Below are positions 25,259 through 39,600 of a stretch of DNA of 64,000 bases, piece by piece. Source of the stretch: Lytechinus pictus (Eukaryota); assembly GCF_037042905.1 (NCBI RefSeq), contig NC_087249.1, positions 14,260,001 to 14,324,000 of the forward strand, in the 5' to 3' direction. A program made the translations under genes and the position numbers. The notes under the pieces were generated by a model, which was given only the letters and a program-made list of their open reading frames with translations, had not been told where the DNA came from and made no database searches. How positions within the stretch are numbered: the first letter of the stretch is position 1; the number at the start of each line of letters is the position of its first letter.

Positions 25259-25409
25259 TTAAGTCTCTGTATTTTGGTTGTTCCGCTGAACTATATACGT
25301 TGGCGTCATGATTTTTTTTACTTTATCGCACATAATCGTTTATATGAATGAAAACGAATAATAGCTAAAATATTGAAAAATAAAACACATAATTACTTTT
25401 TTTTCCATA

Positions 25410-25640
25410 TTATATCTATCCTTATATCTATCATATCTGTCTATCCACTATCTATGTTATAAATCAATCTATGGTACTACATGATATATCTATCTGTTAA
25501 TTTGTCTATCTACTCTGTCTCTCTCATTCTCTATCTACCTATCTATCTGTCTATCTATCTATCCATCTAACATCTATCTCTCAAATTCTCTATCTATCCA
25601 CCTGTCTCTCTTTTATTTCTCTCTATCCATCTGTTAATCT
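25410..25640. repeat. Degenerate (TATC)n low-complexity tract
   Basis: Directly visible. Confidence 0.7.
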
Positions 25641-27249
25641 ACTCATGTGCAATATCAACACTGCTTCGCCTTCCTTCGGGAGTCTATTTCCTCAGCTCTA
25701 CTTTTCCCTTTTTTGTGCTCGATTCGATTCAATTACTACTTTATTTACTTGTTACCATTGTTAAATGTCTTGTATTGCATAATGAGTTTTTTTTCTGAGG
25801 TTGCCTCCTATTCTCTTTCAAATTCCACCTCTTGCTTTCCCTTCTCTTTGTCTTTTCCAAATTTCTTTCCCTTCTCTCACCTCTTTCTTCTTAATCTTTC
25901 ATTCATGTTTTTGGTATCTTTGTAAAATAGAAGAATCATTCTTTTAGGTCATGTGTTTTGATTTTTAAAAGAATGTTGTAATATAGGAAAAACTTTTGAT
26001 CTAAAACATGAAACAAAATATTTTTTTTCATGCAACAAAAGTTGTTGTTTTCACACTTAATTTCTGGTTGGGCACAGATGATTTTTAAATCATGATAAAG
26101 CTGAAGATCTAAGCTTTAATATGATATAATTTGTATAAGATGATGTATTTTAGATGGGTCAGCAGCCAGCATTTCATAGGCCAGGTACATTTTGCAGCTC
26201 AAAAACAATACCCACGCAAATTCCAATGTTCCCCATACTGGGCCTCTGCAAGGTCACACTCACCATGTGGTAATCTTTTCAAATTACCCGCGTCTGTTTG
26301 ATTTGAAAACAGTATTCAGCCAATCAGAACTCTGGATTTTATGTTACTCAGAAATTTCAGAAATCTCGTCTTGCATCTTGATGGAAAAAGCTGGCTGCTG
26401 ACCCATCTAAAAGATGCCACATATCAAGAGTGACATTTTAAGAAAGTATAGAGTTTGAGCTTTCTGATGATATAAATAATGTTGGTGCCTAAAACACAAA
26501 ATGTTGCACAATTTGCAAGTGAAAACAGAGGAAGAAAATTCTGTTTGATGCATCTTTTCAGGTAAAAAATTCACTTATTTATCAAAATCTTTCATTCAAA
26601 AGAAATTAACATTTACTCTTGCACATGGTACAAAAATAATCAATATTACTCAAGGAGAAAGTGGTTAAATTCTTTGAGAAAGAAAGTCTCACAATTCACG
26701 AGATTTTGCAGGGACATGAATTCAGCCACGAGAGGACTTGGATAAATCTTGCTCATTTGCTCATTAACACAGGGGCTTGCGGACTGACTGCATGGCCCAC
26801 CCTTTCATACTCATATACGGCAGTGCTATGCGGTTGGGGTCCTGGGCGGAGTCCCCGGAACTTCTTGATATCAAAGTCATTTAAACCTCGCAGATTGCCG
26901 CTATTTTTAATAAAATCGCGGGTATATACAGCTAGGATATAGCTTTTGCACAACACATTTATTCAACCCAGTTGCATAATGAACCAAATATTTTGAGGGG
27001 GCAAAGCATATAGCGATGTGGGAAAATTTGTAAAAAGTCGCCAGCGAGCAAGGCGAGCTGGAAAAAAAATCAATTGCCTATTGAAATTAAATTCTCATTA
27101 TTTGATAGATTTTTCCATTATATTCAGCAAATAACACATTTCATTGTTTCCACTCGTTGATTACCGCAGACTAAATAAGAGATGCGAATTCAGACAGATG
27201 ACCAACGATTTTTCAATAATTATTCGTCGGGAAATTTTAAACATACACC

Positions 27250-27737
27250 TACAAAATTCTTCTTCTTGCTTTCAAGTCATATCATGGTCTAGCTCCTTCA
27301 TACGTTTCTGAACTCCTTCCTCGATATCAGCCAGTTCGAGTCCTACGTTCTGCTTCGATTCTCAATCTCTTCTTTCTCGATCTCATACTTCTTACAAACA
27401 ATACGGTCAGCGTTCTTTCTCTTATGCAGCTTCATTTCTTTGGAACAATCTCCCCCTACAAATTCGTAATGCTAACTGTGTAATACATTTAAAGTTATGC
27501 TTAAAACTCATCTTTTTAAATCTTAAATTGATCATATCATATGTTTACTGGCCCATTAGATGGTATTTCTTTATTCATGATCTCGTGAGAAAGTTGTAAA
27601 TTGTAATATTAGTTTTGATACATTTTGTTGTGCAAAGTATTTCTGTTTCTATTTCCTTAATACTTCATTTTCCTTTCTCTTAACCGCTTAGAGGCAATTT
27701 TGCGAATTTGCGGTATATAACATTGTTATTATTATTG
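27250..27737 (+). mobile_element. 3' fragment of an L2 LINE
   Basis: Translates to YKILLLAFKSYHGLAPSYVSELL...YGQRSFSYAASFLWNNLP...LKTHLF, followed by a 3' tail ending in (TTA)n. Confidence 0.8.
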
Positions 27738-30593
27738 TATGCATGCAGTCCATCTTTCTTCCCGCTCTTTATTTTCAATCCTCGGCAGCCCGGTCGTATT
27801 ATTAAGTGTGTTTTTTTTCTTGTTCTTTGTTTTCAAATTTAGCTTTTTACTAATTCCATTCTACCTTCATTTTACGCTATTGTTTGCCATTTTGTCATTT
27901 TTAAATTTATTTCCCCATCATGCTATTGCTTTACATAGGCCTATTTCAGAATGATTTGTTCTTTCTCAAATGTTCTTCTTTCGTTCCCTTTCCCGCTTTC
28001 TTTCCTTTTCCATAAAAAATAATAATAATTAATAATTTCTTCGTTTTCTTTTGATTTTTCCCATTCCCTTTCCTCCTTTCCTTTTCCACTTTCCTCCCCC
28101 TTCCCTTTCCTCCCCCTCCCTTTTCTTTTTCCCGTTTTTTTATTTTCCCGGTGAAATCCGCAAGGGGGCAGCTTGCCCCCCATTGCCCCCCCCCCGCCTT
28201 TTACGCCGCTGCTCCCCGTTCCTCCCGAATCCATATTGGCTCTCAGAGACCACATCTAATAGATTTTTTGTGTGGATCGGCACAACACCGTGAACACTGG
28301 GCATATTTCCTGCGATGCTCAACGAAGTTAGTAAACATCATTAACAAACTAATTATATCATGAACTGCTTGCTCCCCTTATGCCCTGGCTCCAGCACATA
28401 CAGTTCCCTTTTCAACTGGATAATCTTTATGTTCGGACGTACAGCCGGACTGGTGAGTATACACACTGCAGTTAGGGTCGGTCTTCCTTGTCTTCAGTCA
28501 GCTTCTTTAGCTTTTCTTGATACAATATTATATGACTTTAGTTCGCCCATACCATTTTATATCAATGTAAGTAAAATAATACTGAAAGAGATTATGAATT
28601 GAATTATTGATTTACGTTAATTTTTGGCAGCATGTCAGGCTACAGAGTGGTAGGAGATGGTTTCTACTGTGGAACCAAGTACATGGTGACTGCTTTGATA
28701 GAAGGTTTACGAAAAGAACTTAGGGCAATGAAAAAGAACATCAGAGTTTGTGTACGTTTTTACCAATATTAGTTTTTTTACTGTAAATAATGATCTGTCT
28801 GTTTTATCATGTTTACGGCTGCCATGTAATGAAATATAACTAAGGAATTAAGCAGTTTTAAAGAATAGGCGGTATTTGTTCTTTGATCCATTGCCTGTAG
28901 GTCTTATGATATTGTTAAAAAGAATGACGTTTTGATATGTTTCAGACAAGAAATCTGGATGTATTGCCTGAAAACTTTCTTCCTGAAAAAAAAAACCTAT
29001 TCTAAATCATGGAACGGGCTGAAATATCAGGATATAGACGTTGTCAGTATGTTGCTGATATCTAAATCTTTAAAGTAAAACAAACATATTGGGGAGGGGG
29101 CGCTACATAGAATATTTGAAATTTTCAGAGACCTAGGCGGGCGAAAATGATGATTCACTGGCTTACCATACTTCTATTGTAGGATTGGCACATTGAAATG
29201 ATGTACATTAGATTCTCGATTGTATATAGCATTATTGGCCCTTTGCCAAAGCCTGACTTTAATACCTGTTTATTTTATAATATTTACAGGGTATATTTCA
29301 CCAGGTATTGTTGAGACTGAATTTGCAGCAAGGAAAGCACGCCAAGATCCAGCAGAATGTTCTTTTTAACAGACAAATCCGGTGAGCTGAACTTTATGTG
29401 ATTGACTTCTGTGTCAATTTTTAATTTCACGTTCCACAGTTTAAACGAAATCCATGGCATTTTCACCAAACTTTGCACAGAGTTAATTTAGCACCTGAAT
29501 ATTTCAAATATGTAAAAATAAATAACATGGGTTCATGTGCTTGATTTTTTGCCGTTGAGCTTTGAAGTTCACCCAATTGGAAGTTCTCGAGAATTAAGCA
29601 TTCAAAAGAATTTGGCATTTTTAGACCCCACAATATCACTACGCTGAGATTAAACCTTTATTACTAGTCAAAATTTCATCAAATTTTACAGTATAGTTCA
29701 GAATTGTATACTGGAGATGGAGAATTCATTTGCCATTTAAAGTCTAGCAGCACATTCATTTCTTTCAAATGGTTTGGAAGATGACAAAAATATAATCTCA
29801 AAAATTTGAAATTTCTATAACACATCTGAGAAGTACAACAAATCAATGTCACTTCACCAAAAAAATTAAGCTTGTAGAGGAAGGTCTTCTTAAGCGGTGT
29901 AAATATTAAAAACTAGGGGCTCTTGTGCTTGTTTTCAAATATCAACATCATTTTTGGAGTAAGTGTGTTATTTAAAACACCAAAAACGCGCCAAAGGCTG
30001 TGTATCTATGCGAAGAAAAATTCCAAACCACTCACCTATATTTTATTCAAACTCGAGGTCATTTTCGTCATACTTTGCATCACTTCAGAGTAAAGTATTT
30101 TGAAGTTGTAGTGGTATTTAGAAAAACATTGTTCCATGGATTATTTTCAGCTAATTCGCTTTATAAAATAACACATCGGATCTGCAGTTACAATACAGAT
30201 CATGCGAAAAAAAAATCAGCTAATACCTACGTTATAGCTAATTAATCACCTGTTCATCCATTGTGACATCAATGCGCATAGCGTAAAAATATGCGCAGAT
30301 CAAGATGCGTACAAACAAAACTGTGTAACGTCCTTAAGTGTACTTGAGACCGAATATGATATGCTTGTATAAACATAAACTCACACTGTGTCTAACAAGG
30401 AAGGTTATAACAAAATAGATATGTGATGAAAAAGTCTTAAAAAAACAGAATGATGTTTTTGATGTCTTTTTCCTATATTCTTTGCATATTTTAGGTTATT
30501 TTGTAGTTTTCGCTGTTTTTATACTGTCAAGACAAACCATCAAAGGTTTTATATAGCAGCTATTTTCCATTTTTAATCATGTGATTTTATCTA

Positions 30594-31556
30594 CAGTGCG
30601 TATCAAAAAAAAGTTTACACTTTGAAAAAGCCCTGGGAATTAAAAAATATACAACATGTGGGTAATTTTTTCACATATAATCTTGGGTTTGGGTCTCATC
30701 TATCCAATGAAAATAAAAGTTTTGACAGAATGTTACACTTGAGTGAGCACTGTCCATTTTTGTAAAGCTCGCAGAAATCTGTTTACGCCGAAATGCTCGT
30801 TTTCACGCTGTGTCAAGGGGAAAGGGCGAAATCAAATTTACCCTGTGAAACATTTCTCATACATTTCCCTTGCACTTTTAGTCAATTGAAATAAAATGGA
30901 TAAATTCAAGCATTTTGTAACAATTTTGCCATCCAAATTGAAATTTCAACAATTAGTAAGCACAACTTTTACCCTTTTTGTGCCAGCTGGATCTGAGGAC
31001 ATAACTGAATCTGAACGAAAGGTTTTTTCAGACATCTCCAGCATTTTTTCAAGTTTTAATCATTTAAAGTGGGTTGACATTTCATTTTTCATTTAATACT
31101 TGTTTCTCCACACTTTTCCCAAGCTTGACAATGATTAGCAAAATTAAAATCAAGCCTAAGCCATGTAAATCACAGCTCAGTGTAAAGCAAATATCGTCAT
31201 GATGGCCTCCGTGTGTTGGGGAGTGGGGTGGGGCGCAATGCACTCTTCGAAGTGTTTTGGGTAAGGAAACAAGTTAAATAGGGTAACATATATCTTCAAA
31301 TCAATTTTACTAGCTAAATTCCACATGATTAAGGTTTACTTTTATTCGCATAACTATTTCAAAGTTCTGCGCAAATCATTTTTCAATAACTTTTCAAAAG
31401 TAAGTGGTGCTCACTCAAGCGGAAATATTTTTCGACATTTATATCGCCATTTGCTTAAATTGATCTGTACCAATGTTAAAATGTGGAAAAATCTTCAGGA
31501 TATTACAAATTTTACAGGATTTTTTCAAAGTGTAAACTTTTTTTTGATACGCACTG
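30594..31556. mobile_element. Tc1/mariner-type MITE, complete
   Basis: TA TSD. ~35-bp TIR CAGTGCGTATCAAAAAAAAGTTTACACTTTGAAAA at both ends. Confidence 0.85.
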
Positions 31557-32969
31557 TATATCATTGTATTATTTTATTTTGATAACCATATTTGTACCTG
31601 TTGATGTATTTTTTTGTATAGAATGGAATAAAATTAAATTGAATTGAATTGAAAATGAAATCATAAATCTTTTACAAGTGGATATTAAAACCTAGTTTTA
31701 TCACCAATTTTTTTCTATATTTTTTAATGCTTTTTATCAAAACCAAATTATCGCGTTTAATTAATTGATAAGAAAAGTACTCATTCAAAAATTGAAAAAA
31801 TAAATGAAATATGATAATTTATGATGGAAATGAATATTTTGGGGCTGAAGAGGGAGTATCCTTTCATCATAATTTATGGGAACTTTTTAACCTTGTTTTA
31901 TTAGAGTATCAAAGCAGAAGATGTCGCCAATCAAGTCATTCACATTCTTCAGCAGCCTCCTCATGTTCAGGTACGATTTTTAGATGGAATGAACTGGCCT
32001 TTGCCTGTCATATTATCGTATTGCCCTGCATAGCAATGGCGAGCGCGTCACTTTTCCAACGATGGCGGCGCGGCGCTCAGTGGGCCAGAATGAACCCAAA
32101 GTGCGCCAAAACCCATTATTCACACATTTGTAAGATTAAATTTGGTAGATAGGGGTAATTTCACCCGTAGAATTCAATAAAAGTATTTCAAATATTGATG
32201 ACGTCGTTAAAATACTGTTTTCTGATTGGCTGTTAACATTTGAGAAGAAATTACATGTTTCTAATTCTACAATAATTTTTAAATTTTTAGAAACTAGTTT
32301 TAGAAAAATTTCAGCAATAATTAAGCATATTAGCAAACAGCAAACACACAAACAGGCAAACAAACAAGAAAAGTCTGTGCTCGGGGTACAAACAATTCAA
32401 TTGATGACTTGAGTATCGCTTAAAGAGGGCGCCCTACCATGAATCCGGAATTGTAAAATTCAAAGTGAAATTGAAAAAAAAAATGCAAAGGAGTATTTTC
32501 ATTCCCTGGGTACAATGATTAACCACACCTACATGAATTAAAATGGATTGATACCAGAAGTGGACAGTGAAATCTTTAAAATAATGATTCAAATGATAAA
32601 TAATAGAGGCCGGGTCCTCTGCAGGTTAATCAGAACAAGGCCTACCTATTTCACCAAGAACGGTGTATACAAAGTTATTCTGAATCAGAGTCTCTCTCTG
32701 CTATCTCACCAACTATTATGTCTTTGGTGAGAGGATCTTTTAGCATAATTTGAACATCAGGGGGAAGAGGCTGTGATTGTTGTACTCTTAAAAACTTGCT
32801 ACTTATCACAATGTCACCTGTTACCATTAGTCTGTGGAATACATATAAAGTCAATGAGAGTCATAAACCAAACAATCCTTGAAATGATAATATACACTTC
32901 CTTCTTGATCGATACTAACAATAATTTATAGCAAATTTAGAATGAGCCAAGAGATAAACCAATTCATAC

Positions 32970-35900
32970 GTGTATTTGTTTGCTTGCATTTATTTCTGCG
33001 TTCAAAAACATAATACAAAAATATTTACAATTACAATATACAAAATAATTCACAATATAAACAATGTAGTCATATTACATGATAAATACAAATAAGAGCG
33101 TGAGTATAAATTAATCTTTTATAAATGTAAACATATATATATAATGTAATAAATGAACGCAGGAGACCACCATCGTGAGCGGTTAGGCTTGAATTGATGG
33201 CGGCCTCATAAAAAGATTCGTGACTTAGATTGATATTTACTGGTCAAGTGGGTGCATTGCAGGTGCAGGTGCTGTATAGCAGTTGAGTAAAATCAGAATG
33301 TTAAATAGCGAATGTGGATATTTGAGTGAATGTTTTAATTTGGAGCGAGGGGTTGATAAGATTGAATGATAGTTTTCTTTAGAGTGGCTTTTAATGAGTA
33401 TATGGTAGAACAAGTTTTAATATTGTTTGGAAGATCATTCCAAATGTCTGGACCATGATGTCGAATTGATTTAGAGGCAATTAACAGTCTGGGGTTAGAG
33501 AGATGAAAGTTTCCGGATATGCGCGATGGGTAAGTATGGACATAACTATTAAATTTAAACATGTTATCAAAAGACGAAGGGAGCAGATTGTTAATATATT
33601 TAAACATAATTATAGCTATTTGAATAGTATATAAGTCGGCAATTTTTAATGTCTTTTGTTTAAAAAATAAAGGATCGGTGTGAGCCAAATAATGCGATCC
33701 TGTACAAATGCGAATTGCTCTTTTTTGTAATTTAGAAATAGAAGTAAGTTTTGTGGAACCACAATTAGCCCAAACAACGTTACAATATGTTATATACGGG
33801 AGTATTAACGAATTATACAATAGAAGTAAAGTTTTATGAGGTAAAATAAATTTCAACTTGGAAATTATTCCAATATTTCTCGAGATACATATAATGATAT
33901 GGTGCAGATGTTCATTCCAAGACAAAGCTTGATCTATGATGACGCCTAAAAATCTAGAGTGAGTCTTCCGCTCTAATGGTGTACCGTCAATCTGTAAGTG
34001 AATTGGAGTATCGGTAATATGAGAATGTTTAAAATGGATGAAGTGGGTCTTTTTTTAGTTCAAGGATAGTTCGTTTGCTTTAAACCACTGTGAAACTTTA
34101 ATCAATTCAAGATTTAATATGTTGTTTAGGGAAGTTATATTTTTATGAGAAAAAAAGATATTTGTGTCGTCAGCAAATAATACAAATGATAAAATAGAAG
34201 ATGTGTTGATAATATCATTGACATATAATAAAAATAAAAGCGGGCCTAGAATGGAGCCTTGAGGGACACCACATTGAACTGAAAGTGAACTAGAATCGTT
34301 GCCATTAAATGTGACATATTGTTTTCGATTTATTAAATAATCTTTAAACCAAAGGAGTGATTGACCTCGTATACCATAATAATTAAGTTTTGAAAGTAAA
34401 ATATTATGATTAAGTGTATCGAACGCCTTACTGAGGTCACAAAATATACCAATGACATGCTCTTTGTTAGCTATGGCGTTTGTTATTTTATCGTAAATTT
34501 GAATTAAAGCCAAGTTTGTTGAATAATTTTTTCTGAAGCCATATTGATTAGAAATTAATAAATTGTGTTTGTTGATAAATTCATAAAGTCTATTATATAC
34601 TATTTTCTCAAGGATTTTGGATATACTAGGGAGTAGAGATATAGGGCGATAATTGCTTATTTCATGAGGATTGTCTTTTTTAAAAATTGGATTGACTTTG
34701 GCGATTTTGAATAAGTCAGGAAATATACCTTGTGATAGAGATTTATTAAAAACATGACTAAGAGGGTTTGCAAGCGGGTGAATTATTTCTTTTAAAAGAT
34801 ACATACTAATTTTATCATGCCCATGAGATCTTGAGCTATTAAGAGACCTTGTAATGTTGAGAATTTCTGTGGGGTTCGTAGGGTTCAAGAAAAATGAATG
34901 TGGATTAGGTTCGGGGAGATAATCCGTGAAATGCTCATTTTGGCTATTGATCTTGCTTGCAAGTTCGGGTCCGATATTTGTGAAAAATGAATTGAATGAG
35001 TTTGCATGAAGGGAAGAGTCAACTTTGGTACCATTTAAAGTGATATTATCGGTAGGTGGGGGATCTGCATTTGTTCCCATTACTTCTTTGATGATTTTCC
35101 AGGTAGTATAAGTATTTGAACTGGCATCTTTTATTCTATTAGTATAATACATTTTACGTGATAAACGAATTAATTTTGTTAACTTGTTGCGATATACTTT
35201 GTATTTTTTTAAATTGGCTTCAGTAGGATTGCGTAAATGTGACTTGTAAAGGCAATTACGTGTCTGGATCGATTTTAATAAACCTTTTGTTATCCAGGGT
35301 TGTTTGGGTGTTTTTCGATTATTTTTTACCTTTCCTATGGGAATATTCTTTTCATAATAATGTTGTAATTTATTATTTAGGAGATTATACGATGTGTTTG
35401 CGTCAGTTTCATTATAGACATCCTCCCACCCCTCAAGTAATAAGTCTTGCTTCATTAATTCAATATTACGTTTAGATTCTTTTCGATATGAGCGTTGGTT
35501 AAATGATTTGGGGCACGGTAATTTCAATTCACAAGTTAAAAATATTGGTAGGTGGTCTGAAACTTCAGAGCATAAAATTCCTCCTATCATTTTGTTATTT
35601 ATGTTGCTATGTACGTTGGAAAAAATATTGTCAATTTGAGTAGATGAATTTGGGTTGATTCTATATTGATGAATGAATGGAAGCCGAATGAGTACATTAG
35701 TTTCATAAAGTTGATTGAGTGATTATTGTCGACTGAGGGTAGGAAATTGATATTAAAATCACCAAGAATAAAAGTATGTTTATTTTCATTTCCTATTGCA
35801 TATAAATATTGCTCTAGTTCCTCATAAAACAAATCAAAATTAGAGCCTGGTGGTCTATAAATCAAACCTATGATGATATTTTTAAATCCTGTGTTTTCAA

Positions 35901-36330
35901 TTTCAATGAACAAAGACTCTGCATGTAAGAGTTTCACATCGGAACGGATCTTAAATTTCAGTTTATTAATAATATAGAAGGCCACGCCTCCGCCTCTTTT
36001 TCCTTTGCGGTCTGCCCTTATCAACTTATAATTTGGTAAATTAAACAAATCTGGGGAATTATCATGCAACCATGTCTCGCTAATACCTCTAACAGAAAAT
36101 TTGAAATTATTTAATGTGTGTAAGAGATTTTCAAAATATTCGAAGTTTCTATTGAGACTTCTTAAATTTGCATGTAAAAGGGAAATATGATCGGGATTAC
36201 TATCAGACATGTTATTAAATTCTTGAGGTGTATAGTATTTGCTGTCATGTGAATTTTCTATGTAATTATCAAGAATAAAAGAGAGGGACTCCATCAAAAT
36301 TGATAAAATGTAAAGTACCTAAGTAAGGGG
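32970..36330 (-). mobile_element. L2-group (Crack/Daphne-like) LINE with APE endonuclease and RT, two disabling lesions
   Basis: APE motifs (HANLRSL, SETW, YRPP, GDFN, SDH) and RT motifs (YRPISLL, QYGFR, DLSKAFD, GVPQGSILGP, FADDT) are split over ORFs 35599-36297, 34055-35590 and 33335-33925. Frameshift near 35665, in-frame TAA at 34055. 3' stem-loop at ~33160-33208 and an AATAAA tail. Confidence 0.93.
34055..35590 (-). pseudogene. LINE ORF2 reverse-transcriptase segment
   Basis: 511-aa ORF with all RT motifs, bounded by a frameshift and a nonsense codon. Confidence 0.85.
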
Positions 36331-36645
36331 TCAACTGCAAGGGTGCTTGTGGTGTAGGTGCGTTTGCTAGTGATTGAATGGGTGTTCATGCATATCTGTG
36401 GTGCAAATGTGCAGTCAATATCAATGTAAATTACATGTACAAAAATAACAAGACCCATCTTGGTCAGCAAAAACATATCATTGGAAGAGTAGAGCAGAGC
36501 TCAACCACCCAAGTACATATAAGATTTGAAATCATAACACACAAAAAAAAATATATATATATATAAGCGGTCACATGAAAATGAATTAAGAGTATACCCA
36601 GAAATATGCCTTAAGATGATGTGAGGGATATTTAATACAAAAGTT

Positions 36646-39600
36646 AGGTACAAGTCTAGCGAACGATTGAAAAAAAAAAAAAATATTGTATCAATCAATT
36701 TTAAATAGCAGATTCATGCCCAGGGTAGGCCTATCGAATAATCACTTTACTCCTGCTTTGGCGAGCATATATTCGTGATAGTCATGCATGTCGGAGTTGC
36801 CACGCCTTCTCTGAACAGACACGGGGCTGAACATGAGCTAGTTGATAATACACATGGATATCGGGCTGATTTGGAAATAATTAAATGTATTAAAGCCGGG
36901 TGTAAAGCCCACATCAGTCAGTATTCAAATACCTGACCCGTTGGGCGTTTGAGTGAATTAAAAGCAAAAATAGGTGTGCGTTAATCATGCATGAAATAGC
37001 CCGCCTTCTCTGATTAGACAACGCATGTACAAGATATCTGGAGATACACTAAATTAACATATTTAACATGGCAATGTTATCGGTAAGGCATATTGAAATT
37101 AACCCATGCATATAATAGCGAACATATTAGTTGAATAGATGGACGCTTGTTCATGCATGTATATAGCCACACCTTCTCTGGCAAGGTTGCATGCGTGTTT
37201 TCGATCATAAAGCGAATCTGAGACACACGTAGGCATGGTGGGTGTATCTTCATGTTCAATAATGGATAGCCACGCCCCCTATAATCAAACAGCGTTTGTG
37301 CATAAGGCATGCAAGCAAGCGACTGGTGTAAATGTCATATCATGCATGAACAACGAAATGAACTGCAACTATTCGTTGATTCTCATACAATTAGATTACA
37401 AATTGTTTGACATAGTTGGTATCATGAACAATAATAGAGATAATAATAACACCTTCATCCATTTCTCAGTTCAAACAAATTGGATTACATCGATTAAAAT
37501 AGTTGAGAAGGTGATCAATGAAGGTACAATTCATACCACATGAATACATCTGATCTTCATTCAGTATTAAGGTTTAATTGTAAGGAGTCTATAGGTAATC
37601 GAACGATAAAAATGCCAAAATTTTAGATAAAGAGCGTGATCAGCCAATGTCACGGACGGACAGTTAAAAAAATGACTAGTAGGCCTATACATAATGTTTG
37701 GATAACTCAGCACCTTCAGCGAAAGCATCCCCAACAAATGACAGAACAATTCGTTATATTCCATCACCCTCTCTTCTCCAGGCCCGAAATAATGATAACT
37801 TTTTCCAAATGTCCGTCCCCGACACCAAACCGATCACACTCTAAAAGTGCATGGTTACCAATTCAGTGATTACATAATGCATATGATTTTTTTTCTAGAG
37901 AAGGATACAGAGGGCAATTGATATTACACGTTTCTCCTTGTATCTATTCATGGCATTAAAATATGATATTGATAAGAAACAGGAAGGCGGATTTCAGAAT
38001 GTCATGCACCTCCTTTGGGTTTTTTTTTTCCCCCTTCTTTTTTTTCTCCGATCAATAACCGATATTTATAAAATCGTCAACATGCTGTTGGTAAACATGA
38101 ACATGAAAATTTACAATTCAAACAATATGCCTAGGTTTCTTTGGTCAAGAAAAAGCAACAAATTTTTAAGTTCATTAAATGTACACGAAAACCATTAAGC
38201 AATCAAGAATGTATATATATTTTCTGACTTTACTCCTGCTTTGGCGAGCATATATTCATGAGTCATGCATGTCGGAGTTGTCATACCTTCTCTGACCAGA
38301 TACGGGGCTGAACATGAATATCGTGTTGATTTGGAAATAATGAAATGTATGAAAGCCGAGTATAAAGCCCACATCGATCAGTATTTAAATACCTGACCCG
38401 TTGGACGTTTTGGGTGAATTAAAAGCAAAAATAGGTGTGCGTTCATCAAGCATAAAATAGCCCGCCTTCTCTGATCAGACAACGCATGTGCCAGGTGTCT
38501 GGAGACACACAAGTTAAAATTAACATATTTAACAAGCCAATGTTATTGGTGAGGCATATTGAAATTAGCCCATGCATGTAATAGTGAACATGTTACTTGA
38601 ATAGATGGAGGTTTGTTCATGCATGTCTAGCCACACCCTTTCTAGCATGCAAGGTCGCATGCGTTTTTTCGATCATAAAGCGAATCTGAGACACATGTAG
38701 GCATGGTAAGTGCATCTTGTTCAATATTGGATAACCACGCCCCTATAACCAAACAGTGTATGTACATAAGGCATGCAGGCACGCGACTGGTGTTGAGCAT
38801 GGAGCTAAAAGAGAGATGCATGAACAACGGAATTAACCACAAGAATTCAATGATTGTCACACAATTGGACTACTAATCGTTTAACATAGTTGGTATCATG
38901 AACAATAATAGAGATAATAATAACACATTCATCCATTGCTTAGTCAAAACAATTTGGATAACATCGATTAAAATAGTTGAGAAGGTGATCAAGGAAGGTT
39001 CAATAACCACATGAATACATCTGAGCTTCATTCAGTATTACGTTTTAATTGTAAAGAGTCTATAGGTGATCGAACGATAAAAAATTACAAAATTTTGATA
39101 AAGTGGTTACCAATTCAGAGATTACATTAAGCAGGTAATTTTTTTAGAAAAAGATACAGAGAACAATGGATTTTACACGCTTCTCTTTGTATATAGCCAT
39201 GGCATTGAAATGATGATATTGTTAAGAAACATGAAGGGGATTCAAATGCCATGCTCCCCCTTGAGATTTATTTTCCCTTCTCCTTTTTTATCCGATCTAA
39301 CCGATTTTATAAAACATCAACATGATGTTGGTAAATATTAAATGAAAATTTACAATCCAAACAATATGCCTGGGTTTCTTTGATAAAGAAAAGCAGCAAA
39401 TTTGATTTCATTGAATGTATACACACAGCAAAAACCAATAAGCGTTCAAAAATGTGGATCATATATTTGTTTTTTCCTTAAGAAAAATACAGTGTTGAAT
39501 GCTTTTTTGAGAATTAGAAGTTGAAGTTAAGTTTAACCTGACATATCAGGGGTAAAAAGAAGGGGAAAAAATAAAAAAAAATTCATTTTATATAATCATA

